A stretch of 62,779 nucleotides of DNA, filler included, from a bacterium (GTDB lineage Bacteria > UBA9089 > CG2-30-40-21 > SBAY01), in NCBI GenBank assembly GCA_040757115.1. It is 5 parts of 4 records of this genome, joined end to end, with 100 filler letters (N's around TTAATTAATTAA, not from the genome) between each part and the next. Parts side by side here need not be neighbours in the genome. Positions count along the whole stretch, not along the records: positions 49,106 to 62,779 come from JBFLYA010000102.1; 4 more parts are not named here. The stretch is one strand, 5' to 3'. The notes under the pieces were generated by a model. That model had not been told where the DNA came from and made no database searches. It was given only the letters and a program-made list of their open reading frames with translations. How positions within the stretch are numbered: the first letter of the stretch is position 1; each line of letters begins with the position of its first letter. Position numbers and translations under genes: made by a program. This document shows positions 50,468 through 59,792 of the stretch, in pieces.

Positions 50468-53125
50468 TTATCCATTTTTTATCTTTGCCTGGGCCGCGGC
50501 TAAGCGGGCAATAGGCACTCGATATGGTGAACAGGAGACATAGGTCATATTGACTAAATGGCAGAATTCTACGGAACTGGGTTCTCCACCATGCTCGCCA
50601 CAGATACCAACTTTAAGTCCTGGTTTTGTTTTGCGTCCTTTTTCTATCCCAATTTTCACTAATTCGCCTACTCCATCACGGTCTAAAACCTCAAATGGAT
50701 TTTGGGGTAAGACACCTTTCTCAAGGTATCTATCTAAGAATTTCCCTTCGGCATCATCTCTGGAAAAGCCAAATGTGGTTTGCGTTAAGTCATTTGTGCC
50801 AAATGAGAAAAACTCTGCCTCCTCAGCGATTTTATCTGCCGTAATCGCCGCTCTGGGTAATTCTATCATCGTTCCAACTAAGTAATCTACTGCTACTCCA
50901 TATTTTTCAAATGTCTCTTTAGCCACCTTATCTGTAATCTGGCGTTGCAGTTTTAGTTCTTTTACCGTTCCAACTAATGGAATCATTACTTCAGGTAAGA
51001 CTTTATATCCTTCTTTAGTCAATTCGCAAGCCGCTTCAAATATTGCCCGTGCCTGCATCTCAGAGACCTCTGGATAGGTAATTCCCAGGCGACAGCCTCG
51101 AAGTCCTAACATTGGATTTACCTCTCTCAAAGTTTCTACCTTGTGTAACAACGTTTCAATCTCTGCTATTTTATTTTTGTCTCCTTTAGTTGTCTTCAAA
51201 GTAGCCAGTTCTACCAGTAATTCTTCATATTTAGGTAAGAATTCATGGAGTGGTGGGTCTAAAAGTCTAATAGTCACTGGTAAACCATTCATTGCCTTGA
51301 AAATACCGGTGAAATCTTCTCTTTGCATAGGTAATAATTTATCCAGAGCCTTGCGTCTTTCTTGTTCATTATTTGCCAGAATCATTTCTTGCATAATAGG
51401 CAATCTATCCTCGGCAAAGAACATATGCTCGGTGCGACAGAGTCCAATTCCCTGGGCGCCAAATTCACGGGCTATGCCGGCTGATTTTGGGTCATCGGCA
51501 TTAGTTCTGACACCTAATCTCTTTATTTCATCTGCCCAGAGGAGTAATGTTTTTGCCTCATCACTCATTTCTGGGTCTATCGTGGGTGCCTTGCCTAAAA
51601 TTACCCGACCTGTAGAGCCATCCAGGGTGATGAAATCACCTTCTTTAATTATTTTCCCCTTTACTTCAAATTTCTTTCCATGTTCATCTACTTTAATTGC
51701 TTCACAGCCCGCAACACAACATTTTCCCATACCACGAGCGACAACTGCGGCATGTGAAGTCATTCCACCACGTGCGGTTAATATCCCTTCAGCCACCGCC
51801 ATTCCGTGAATGTCATCTGGTGAAGTCTCATTTCGGACTAAAATGACCTTTTTACCTGCCTCAACCCATTCGCAGGCATCATCCGGGGTAAGAACTACCA
51901 TCCCACACGCCGCCCCTGGCGATGCCGGTAACCCTGTAGCTAATACCTCGACGCTCGCTTTGGGGTCAATATGTCGATGAAGTAATTGGTCTAATTGTTG
52001 TGGTTGAACACGCATTATTGCTTCTTCTCTGGTAATTAACCCTTCATTAGTCATATCAACAGCAATCTTGATTTCAGATTGAGCGGTTCTTTTACCGGTT
52101 CGAGTTTGAAGCATGTATAATTTCTCATTCTCAATTGTGAATTCAATATCCTGCATATTTCGATAATGTCCCTCAAGTTTCTGGTATATATCAACTAATT
52201 GTTTGTATGCCTGGGGTAAATCTTTTTCTAATTCGGCAATCGGTTTTGGTGTCCTAATTCCAGCGACAACATCTTCACCCTGAGCATTAGTTAAATACTC
52301 GCCGTAAAACTTTTTCTCACCAGTAGAAGGATTTCGGGTAAAGGCAACACCTGTTCCTGATGTCTCCCCCATATTCCCAAACACCATCGCTTGAACATTA
52401 ACTGCTGTGCCTAAATTATCAGGTATTTTATGCAACTTGCGATAAGTTACTGCTCTTGGTGTATCCCAGGATTCAAACACGGCATTAATGGCCATCTTAA
52501 GTTGCTCCTTTGGCTCCTGAGGGAAATGAATTTGTTCTTTTTCCCGAAGCATAGCTAAATATCGGGCAAGGACATTCCGAAGCCCCTCAACCGACAGCTC
52601 AGTATCAAGTTTTACTCCCTCTTCTTCTTTGACCTCGTTTAAGATAAACTCAAAATTTTCATGTTTTACTCCTAAAACGACATTTGAAAACATCTGGATA
52701 AATCTACGATAAGAATCATAAGCCATCCTTGGATTTTGTGTCTTCTTCGCCAATCCTTCTACGGAGTGAGTATTTAATCCTAAATTCAGGATGGTGTCCA
52801 TCATCCCCGGCATAGATATTTTTGCCCCGGAGCGAACCGAAACAAGCAGTGGATTTTCTGGGTCACCAAATTTCTTACCCATTACCTCTTCTAACTTCTT
52901 CATATTCTCCTCAATCTCTCCTTCTAACCCTTCTGGATAGGCACCGTTATGTTGGTCATAATAAATACAAGCCTCTGTCGTAATGGTAAATCCCGGTGGC
53001 ACAGGTATGCCAATGTTGGTCATTTCAGCCAATCCTGCCCCTTTTCCTCCTAATAAATCTTTCATGTCTTTAGTCCCTTCTGCTTTACCCTGAGCAAAAA
53101 AATAGATGTGTTTTTTTGTTGCCAT
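50468..53125 (-). CDS. ppdK: Pyruvate, phosphate dikinase
   Basis: LLGGKGAGLAEM, SVRSGA..SMPGMMDT, GGMTSHAAVVARG, GLCRTEHMF, FSFGTNDLTQ, GICGEHGG. GGAGG SD favours the ATG at 53125. Confidence 0.98.
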   Translation of the reverse strand: MATKKHIYFFAQGKAEGTKDMKDLLGGKGAGLAEMTNIGIPVPPGFTITTEACIYYDQHNGAYPEGLEGEIEENMKKLEEVMGKKFGDPENPLLVSVRSGAKISMPGMMDTILNLGLNTHSVEGLAKKTQNPRMAYDSYRRFIQMFSNVVLGVKHENFEFILNEVKEEEGVKLDTELSVEGLRNVLARYLAMLREKEQIHFPQEPKEQLKMAINAVFESWDTPRAVTYRKLHKIPDNLGTAVNVQAMVFGNMGETSGTGVAFTRNPSTGEKKFYGEYLTNAQGEDVVAGIRTPKPIAELEKDLPQAYKQLVDIYQKLEGHYRNMQDIEFTIENEKLYMLQTRTGKRTAQSEIKIAVDMTNEGLITREEAIMRVQPQQLDQLLHRHIDPKASVEVLATGLPASPGAACGMVVLTPDDACEWVEAGKKVILVRNETSPDDIHGMAVAEGILTARGGMTSHAAVVARGMGKCCVAGCEAIKVDEHGKKFEVKGKIIKEGDFITLDGSTGRVILGKAPTIDPEMSDEAKTLLLWADEIKRLGVRTNADDPKSAGIAREFGAQGIGLCRTEHMFFAEDRLPIMQEMILANNEQERRKALDKLLPMQREDFTGIFKAMNGLPVTIRLLDPPLHEFLPKYEELLVELATLKTTKGDKNKIAEIETLLHKVETLREVNPMLGLRGCRLGITYPEVSEMQARAIFEAACELTKEGYKVLPEVMIPLVGTVKELKLQRQITDKVAKETFEKYGVAVDYLVGTMIELPRAAITADKIAEEAEFFSFGTNDLTQTTFGFSRDDAEGKFLDRYLEKGVLPQNPFEVLDRDGVGELVKIGIEKGRKTKPGLKVGICGEHGGEPSSVEFCHLVNMTYVSCSPYRVPIARLAAAQAKIKNG

Positions 53126-53173
53126 TTTAAAAACCTCCATTATTTAGTTAAATTTTAAATTTGGTAATGAAAT

Positions 53174-53202
53174 ATTATATAAAAATATATTGCTAATGTC
53201 AA
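53174..53202 (-). promoter_or_regulatory. Consensus sigma70 promoter of ppdK
   Basis: TTGACA-17 bp-TATAAT. Confidence 0.8.
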
Positions 53203-53224
53203 CCTTTTTTTAGTAAGAAAAAGT

Positions 53225-53253
53225 TTGACAATATTTAAAAAGTTTATTATAAT
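53225..53253 (+). promoter_or_regulatory. Consensus sigma70 promoter of pgsA, likely leaderless
   Basis: TTGACA-17 bp-TATAAT, 8 nt before the ATG; no SD. Confidence 0.8.
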
Positions 53254-53261
53254 AACCTTTA

Positions 53262-53852
53262 ATGAATTTAGCCAATAAATTAACCTTATTAAGAATTATT
53301 CTGGTGCCTTTTTTTGTCATATTTTTAGCCTATGACAATGTGTACTCTTATTATCTAAGTCTATTGGTATTTCTTATCTGTGCTATAACAGATATTTATG
53401 ACGGTAAGATTGCTCGAAAGTATGGATTAGAAACTACCTTTGGAAAGTTTGCCGACCCATTAGCCGATAAAATATTAGTTTCTGCGGCGTTTATTTATTT
53501 TGTAGAGATGCCAGCGTTACACATACCCGCATGGATGGTAATCTTGATTATTACACGAGAATTTGTGGTTACAGGACTGAGAATGATTGCGATGTCAAAA
53601 GGTGTAGTCATTGCCGCTTCGTTAAAAGGTAAATTAAAAACCACCTTTCAGATTACGACAATTATCATTATTTTACTTATCCTGGTTATAAAGACATATC
53701 TGCGGGATTTTCTTGGAATAGAAAATACCCTTTTCCCTTTTTCAGTGGTTTTAGAATATACACCTTTAATTTTAATGTCAATAACTACCTTTTTTACAGT
53801 GATAACCGGTATCTGGTTTACTATTTTACATAAAAAACTCGTAACTATTTAG
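53262..53852 (+). CDS. pgsA: CDP-diacylglycerol--glycerol-3-phosphate 3-phosphatidyltransferase
   Basis: NLANKLTLLRI, TDIYDGKIAR...T.FGKFADPLADK, REFVVTGLR, GKLKT. Confidence 0.95.
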   Translation: MNLANKLTLLRIILVPFFVIFLAYDNVYSYYLSLLVFLICAITDIYDGKIARKYGLETTFGKFADPLADKILVSAAFIYFVEMPALHIPAWMVILIITREFVVTGLRMIAMSKGVVIAASLKGKLKTTFQITTIIIILLILVIKTYLRDFLGIENTLFPFSVVLEYTPLILMSITTFFTVITGIWFTILHKKLVTI

Positions 53853-53872
53853 CCATCTATAGTGAGACAACA

Positions 53873-55312
53873 TTATTTATTCCATATCGGATGTAAAACA
53901 CTAATGTTGTTATCACTGATATTTCCAGTAATAACATCATTTAACCCATCGTTATTTACATCAGCAATGGCTAATCCTCCAGGTGCTTTACCGGTAGGAA
54001 AATATAAGGGAGGAAGGAGATGTCCTTTATTATCCTGAAGATAAATAGTGAAGGTTTCTCCGTGTGTGGTTACTAAGTCAGCTCGGCCGTCATTATTAAT
54101 ATCACCTATTTTTACCCCGCCAGCCCGACCGTCTTTACTTGTCGCCGTGCCAATTAGTCCAAATGAAGTCTCATCCTTTCGTCCAAAAATGGAGACAGGG
54201 CCTCCAGAGGCGGCAATTTCATTTATTCCATCACCCGTTAGGTCTCCGATAGCAACCGTAGATGGATTTCCACCCGCAGTTTGAAGTGCCCCCATTGGCA
54301 GAAGAGACTTATCTGGTTGTTGGAAATATGCATTCACGGTGTTGTTTCCATAATTAACCGTCGCAATATCTTCTCTTCCATCCCCATTTATATCTCCGAT
54401 GGCTAACCAGTATGAAATTGGACCTGAGGCATAAACAATATGGCTAAATATTTCATTTCCCTGTCGTTGCATTGTTAGACTCTCACATTTTTTAAAAGAA
54501 CCAAGTAGATAATCATAACTTTCCTTAACCTCTGGTAACCAGGTAAAAATACTAATAGAAGTTGCCCCTGAATTAGGGACAACAATATCATTTCTTCCAT
54601 CGCCATTAACATCACCTACGGCTAATCCATAAGGGCCTCGTTCAGTGCGGAATACCATTGCTTGAGTGAGTGTGCCACCTTTATTTTGAGTAAAGATATG
54701 AATAACATCAGCCGCCGCACAACCAACCACCACATCATTTAACCCATCAGCATTCATATCCCCTATGCCTACCCCAAAAGGACCTTGATTAACGGGATAG
54801 GTGGTTTGTGTGGCTAATTTTCCATCGGCTAGTTGAATAAAAACACTGATGTTGTTATCATAATAGTTAGCCGATACAACATCATTTAATCCATCGCCAT
54901 TAACATCTCCAGCCGCAATAATTCCCGGGGAGCCACCGGTTTGATATGAGGTAGGTAAGGTCATTGAAATCTCGCCACCTTTTGGGGCTCTGGCATCGTA
55001 AGAAAATTCTACCACCTGATATGGTGAAACATTTCCTTCACGGTCACTCGCCGCCAAATAAAGCCTGTGTCCCCCACTTCCACTTACCCTTAAATTCTTA
55101 ATGTAGGGATTGATTGTCCAGTTAGTATTAGGTTGCTGGTCGAGTTTATAGAAATAAGCCACTATTTCCTCACCGGCTGGTGGTTTCCAGGTGATATTAA
55201 ATGAATGTTTCCCTGCCTCTTGAGTAACCTTTATATCTATGGGTGGATTGATTGTTTTAGCCCAAACTACACTCTGGATAAAAAAGATAAATAAAAAGAT
55301 TAATATTTGCAT
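53873..55312 (-). CDS. Secreted FG-GAP/VCBS repeat (beta-propeller) protein
   Basis: Signal peptide; seven GD(V/I/M/L)NGDG..D-type repeats. Confidence 0.88.
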   Translation of the reverse strand: MQILIFLFIFFIQSVVWAKTINPPIDIKVTQEAGKHSFNITWKPPAGEEIVAYFYKLDQQPNTNWTINPYIKNLRVSGSGGHRLYLAASDREGNVSPYQVVEFSYDARAPKGGEISMTLPTSYQTGGSPGIIAAGDVNGDGLNDVVSANYYDNNISVFIQLADGKLATQTTYPVNQGPFGVGIGDMNADGLNDVVVGCAAADVIHIFTQNKGGTLTQAMVFRTERGPYGLAVGDVNGDGRNDIVVPNSGATSISIFTWLPEVKESYDYLLGSFKKCESLTMQRQGNEIFSHIVYASGPISYWLAIGDINGDGREDIATVNYGNNTVNAYFQQPDKSLLPMGALQTAGGNPSTVAIGDLTGDGINEIAASGGPVSIFGRKDETSFGLIGTATSKDGRAGGVKIGDINNDGRADLVTTHGETFTIYLQDNKGHLLPPLYFPTGKAPGGLAIADVNNDGLNDVITGNISDNNISVLHPIWNK

Positions 55313-55408
55313 TTCTAATTTCCTCCTTTGATTTGGTAATTAGTTACCAGTTCATCTAACCGATTACTTACTTTTAATTTCGTAAAGCCCTATTTTATAA
55401 AAGAATTG

Positions 55409-55630
55409 GTAACTATTCACCATTCACAATTCACCATTCACAATTTCTTCCCTAAATTTCCTTAATAATGGTGAATGGTGAATTGTCAATTGTGAATTAT
55501 CACTCTTCACGGTGTCAAGCAAACCTGGCCCAAGAGTTCGATGCACCGCTATAGCGCATCCAATGACTCTATTCGATAATTCATCAAATTTCACTTCGTG
55601 CTCTCCGTACCCTTCGTGGTGAATAGTTAC
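55409..55630. mobile_element. IS66-like miniature element carrying a GxxExxY gene fragment
   Basis: GTAACTATTCACCA...TGGTGAATAGTTAC; perfect duplication AAGAATTG. Confidence 0.88.
55424..55594 (-). pseudogene. GxxExxY-family protein, N-terminal fragment
   Basis: MKFDELSNRVIGCAIAVHRTLGPGLL, then heptamer-repeat sequence. Breaks just before the ExxY. Confidence 0.8.
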
Positions 55631-55637
55631 AAGAATT

Positions 55638-55739
55638 GTAACTATTTATCCCGGTGAAGTAAGACAGTAGGTTCACGGAGCAAGGAAGCTTATTTTCTAC
55701 CTTGCTCTTTTGTTTCACTTCGGATGGTTAAATAGGTAG
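55638..55739. mobile_element. Older degenerate GTAA-terminus element
   Basis: GTAACTATTTATCC...GGTTAAATAGGTAG; AAAGAATT at 55400-55407 and 55740-55747 once the 55409 element is removed. Confidence 0.55.
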
Positions 55740-55813
55740 AAAGAATTTTATCATATTCTGGAGTAGTATGTCAACAAAAATTTGAATTTATCCGTAGATT
55801 ATGCGAATTTACG

Positions 55814-56025
55814 GTAACTGTTCACCGCAGAGACACAGAGACGCAGAGAAAAAAATTAAAATCTATTGGTAACTATTCAGCCACAGATGGACACAGATGA
55901 AACACTGATTTTATTTTTTTATCCGTGCTAATCCGTGTTAATCAGTGGCTGAATAGTTACTTTATTTCTATGTCTTCTCTGCGAACTCTTGCGTCTCTGC
56001 GGTAAAGGACTACCTGAACGGTTAC
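55814..56025. mobile_element. IS66-like miniature element in the 3' end of bioF, with a nested element at 55869-55960
   Basis: GTAACTGTTCAC...CTGAACGGTTAC; perfect duplication AATTTACG. Nested GTAACTATTCAGCCAC...GTGGCTGAATAGTTAC. Confidence 0.88.
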
Positions 56026-57191
56026 AATTTACGCAGAAATGCCCATAGCACCTTATCGAGCTGAGATTTTGTATGGGTTGCCATCACACTCAGTCTTATA
56101 CGGGATTTTCCTTTTGGCACGGTTGGTGGTCTTATCCCTGGGGCAAAAATGCCATATTCATAAAGAAAATTTGCTACATCCATCGTTTTATTGCTATCTC
56201 CTATAAATACAGGGATAATTGGGGATTCACTCTCCATTGTATCAAGCCTTAAGTTTTGTAATCCTTGTTTTAAATATTGGATATTCTCCCATAATTTCTG
56301 TCTGTGATGAGGTTCTGTTTGAATTATTTCTAATGCCGCCAGGGCTGAAGCCACTTGAGCTGGTGGAAGTGCTGTTGAATAGATAAAACTTCGTGCCTTG
56401 TTTTTCAGGTATTCAATTAAAGCCGTAGAACCGGCAATAAATCCACCAAGACTTCCCAATGCCTTACTTAAGGTTCCCATTGAAATATCAATTTTTCCTT
56501 CTAACCCAAAATATTCAATTGTCCCTCGACCTTCTTTTCCCATTACCCCGGTGCCATGGGCATCATCGACCATAACTAATGCCTTGTATTTTTTGGCTAA
56601 ACCGACTATTTCTGGCAAAGGAGCAATATCCCCATCCATACTGAATACGCCGTCAGTAATAATCAGTCGAAGTCTTGCAGATTGAGTTTTTTTTAAAATC
56701 TTTTCAAGGGAATTCATATCTTTGTGGGGATAGATTCTCAAAATTGCCTCGCTTAATCGACAACCATCAATGATACTGGCATGATTTAATTTATCAATGA
56801 TGACGACATCACCTTTTTTAGTCAGGCTTGATATTACTCCAAGATTAGCCGCATAACCAGAAGAAAAGACAAGTGCAGACCTGGTTTTTTTAAAATCAGC
56901 CAATTGTCTTTCTAATTCACAATGCAGGAAAGTAGTTCCCGAAACTAACCTTGAGGCACCACTGCTACAACCAAATCTTTCAATAGCCTCTTTAGCCTTC
57001 TCTTTAACTTTTGGGTGCTGACTTAAACCAAGATAATCATTTGAGGCTAAAAGGATGTATTCTTTTTTGCCAATGACAATGGTAGGTCCGTTAAGGGAAT
57101 CAAGGACTTTTAACTCCCTATAAAGTCCTTGTTTCTTGAGATTATTTAGTTCCTCTTTTAAACTGACTAAATCCATAAGTGGCGGATTCAT
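56022..57191 (-). CDS. bioF: 8-amino-7-oxononanoate synthase
   Basis: SNDYLGLS, SGASRLVSG, SSGYAANLG, NHASIIDG, DGVFSMDGD, DDAHG, GTLSKALG, IRPPTVP. Confidence 0.93.
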   Translation of the reverse strand: MNPPLMDLVSLKEELNNLKKQGLYRELKVLDSLNGPTIVIGKKEYILLASNDYLGLSQHPKVKEKAKEAIERFGCSSGASRLVSGTTFLHCELERQLADFKKTRSALVFSSGYAANLGVISSLTKKGDVVIIDKLNHASIIDGCRLSEAILRIYPHKDMNSLEKILKKTQSARLRLIITDGVFSMDGDIAPLPEIVGLAKKYKALVMVDDAHGTGVMGKEGRGTIEYFGLEGKIDISMGTLSKALGSLGGFIAGSTALIEYLKNKARSFIYSTALPPAQVASALAALEIIQTEPHHRQKLWENIQYLKQGLQNLRLDTMESESPIIPVFIGDSNKTMDVANFLYEYGIFAPGIRPPTVPKGKSRIRLSVMATHTKSQLDKVLWAFLRKL

Positions 57192-57474
57192 TCTTTCTTA
57201 TCCAAAAACTTCCTGGCCATCTTTCATACCTTTTGTATGAGTTGAAAGCCAGTTCCAGTTTCTCTGGATGTTTTAAGTGCATATAACTTCCAGACCAGAG
57301 AACCTCAAAGGTGGTATTAAAACTTAAAAATGCTTGAAGTAAATATTGTTCGGTCCAAAATTTACAATCACCTAAAACCCATTTTTTAGGATATTCTGCA
57401 GGCAAGAATATATCGTGAAAATGAACAATTACTCTTTTATTGAGTCTTGGCAATATTTCAAGATATTCATACTG
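57142..57474 (-). pseudogene. C-terminal fragment of a class I SAM-dependent methyltransferase
   Basis: QYEYLEILPRL....VHFHDIFLP.EYP..W...W.EQYLLQAFL...GSFWIRK; the 5' part is replaced by a MITE at 57476. Confidence 0.75.
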
Positions 57475-57475
57475 A

Positions 57476-57646
57476 GTAACCGCTCAGGCTATATATCAAA
57501 AGTGTAAGAAAGGGGATAAGGAGATAAAGGGAGATATGGAGATTATTCATTGTAATTTGCAAAATTTTAGAATGAATTTATCTCCTTATCCCCATATCTC
57601 CTTTTCTTACACTATTTCAACCTTTATGCTAGATTAAGACACCACC
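57476..57646. mobile_element. One-ended relative of the 237-bp MITE at a deletion junction
   Basis: GTAACCGCTCAGGCTATATATCAAAAGTGTAAGAAAGGGGATAAGGAGATA matches the 37400 copy. The far end stops at ACACCACC without CTGAACNNTTAC. Confidence 0.75.
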
Positions 57647-58112
57647 AAAATTTTAGATATTGAATAACTCTTGCTTTTTCTTCAGGGAGAAGTGATTTAG
57701 ATTTTTGGCTAATTTGCCAGAATTCGTCAACAAATTGCCAAAAATCTATTGCTTCATAACTGGTTTTACAAAGTAGGTCTAAATAAAGTTCTCTATCTTT
57801 AATTATCAAAGGGATACCTGATGTCAACACGCTATAAATTAGTGTTGGAGCAACTCTATTTAAGACAGCAAAATCTACTTCTGCTTGCAAAATCTTTTCC
57901 ACATCTGCCCAGATTTGATGTTCTTTGGGATAATCTCTTTGTGTTTCTATTTCTAAATATTCTTTGGGTTTAAAATAGACAGCAATATCCCAATCAGAGA
58001 TTTTTCTTTCTAAGTTTTTACTTCTTGAACCAAATAAAAAGGCTAAAATTACTGACGGCACTTTTTCAAAATAATTAGTAAGTGTTTGAATCTTTACCTG
58101 TTTTTCTTCCAT
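57624..58112 (-). pseudogene. MntA-like minimal nucleotidyltransferase, C-terminally truncated
   Basis: LAFLFGSRS......SDWDIAVYF, VDFAVLN. Likely start MEEKQ at 58112; the tail (WWCLNLA) is read from the MITE. Confidence 0.75.
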
Positions 58113-58296
58113 TAAATTGTCTCCCGGCAGGGTTCTTGGGACACAATACTTAATTTCATCCTTCATCTTACCCAATTAGTATTGTGACCGGCGATTTCGA
58201 TTTCCCACGGCACTTTGCCCTCCTTTAATTTTTTAGGGCATAAACTTGTGTCATTATCTTCTCAAATTCCTTTTTAATGTTACGAAAAAAACTTCA

Positions 58297-59727
58297 CTAA
58301 CTTGCCGTTCTAATCCTTTTTATCATTTCCCAATCCTCTTTTGATACCCCTTTAAAAAGAAGAAGTAAAAGAATGTAGATGGCTACTCCTGCTCCTATAC
58401 ATAAAAACAGGTTAAAATTTCTTCCCAGATAAAGAAACATACCCATAATAATAGAGGCAAAGATTATTTTAAATGTCTGCGTTGAGAATAAAGTAATCCC
58501 TTCTTTCACTTTACTTAGGTATATAAATCCCCATAAGGTAATAAGAAGATCTCCCGAAAATACACTCAGACTAACACCAATATGCTTTAACTTTGGAATT
58601 AGAATGAAGTAAAGCACGACGGTGACCACTAATCCTGTTCCGGTAATATAAGTAATGTTCCTTTCCCGATTAATCGAAACAAGGGCCTGAATACAAATAC
58701 TCTGGATAAATACAAGTGGTATTGTCCATATAAGTATTTTTAGAACAGGAATTGAATTAACAAATTTCCCTCCATATATCAACAGGATTATTTTATCTGT
58801 TAAAATAGTTGTTCCCACCGCGAGTGGAATTCCTATCATCAGCATATATTGACTGCTCTTGTTGAAGATATAAATAAACCCTTTGCTTTCTGATTTATGA
58901 AGATTAACTAATACCGGAAATAACGCTGTGGCAAAATAAACCGGGAGGGTTTTAAGAAAATGAGCTAATTTAGCCGAAGCTGAATACCACCCGGTTACTG
59001 CATCTCCAGCTATTCTCGACAGCATTATGTTATCCAGATTAACAAACAGTATCGCAATCACAATTAGGGTCATAAAAGGTATACTTTTTCTTCCCAACTC
59101 CTTCCAGAAGGGAATATCTATTTCAAATTTAGGCCTGGCAAATCTCTTTATAACAAATAGAAGAGTAAAGAAAAGATATAAAATACTGACAAAGAAATGA
59201 ATTATGACGAAGCCAACCAGACCATAATCTAAGAGAAGAATTGGGAAACCAAAGATTAAAAGTGAAATATTCTGAATAATATTTAACAAGGCACTATACT
59301 CAAATTTCTGAAATGCCTGAAAGCACCATTTGAATCCATCAGATAGGGCTAAAAAAAAATATGACCCCCCCAGGATGTAGATGATTAATTTTGTCTCCGC
59401 GGGACAATTCAATATACCTATTGCCAGACAGATGATGATAAATCCAATTATAGATAATCCTACCCTCATCAAGCCAATATTCCCAAGATACTTTCCTGCT
59501 CTGGATTCATCTTCTGCTACTTCACGCACGGCTAAAGTGCCTATTCCCATATCAGTTGTCATAAAGAATATCGTCACGAATGAGACTGCAAATGCATACT
59601 TACCTAATCCTACATCACCAATTACCCTGGCCAGATAGGCAAATATTAACACCGAGAAAACTCTACATAGGACATTCCCTAAAAACAAAACACCTGTATT
59701 TTTGGCTACTCTTCTTGCTATACCCAT
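58297..59727 (-). CDS. Wzx-type polysaccharide flippase
   Basis: RVAKNT...YLARVIG...GKYAFA...DMGI...VREVA, D.IMLS......GWYS...K; about 14 TM segments. Confidence 0.92.
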   Translation of the reverse strand: MGIARRVAKNTGVLFLGNVLCRVFSVLIFAYLARVIGDVGLGKYAFAVSFVTIFFMTTDMGIGTLAVREVAEDESRAGKYLGNIGLMRVGLSIIGFIIICLAIGILNCPAETKLIIYILGGSYFFLALSDGFKWCFQAFQKFEYSALLNIIQNISLLIFGFPILLLDYGLVGFVIIHFFVSILYLFFTLLFVIKRFARPKFEIDIPFWKELGRKSIPFMTLIVIAILFVNLDNIMLSRIAGDAVTGWYSASAKLAHFLKTLPVYFATALFPVLVNLHKSESKGFIYIFNKSSQYMLMIGIPLAVGTTILTDKIILLIYGGKFVNSIPVLKILIWTIPLVFIQSICIQALVSINRERNITYITGTGLVVTVVLYFILIPKLKHIGVSLSVFSGDLLITLWGFIYLSKVKEGITLFSTQTFKIIFASIIMGMFLYLGRNFNLFLCIGAGVAIYILLLLLFKGVSKEDWEMIKRIRTAS

Positions 59728-59792
59728 TTATAACAGTTTGCCTTCCCCTACAATATCTATATTATTATTTTAACACATCTAAAGTGAAAATG

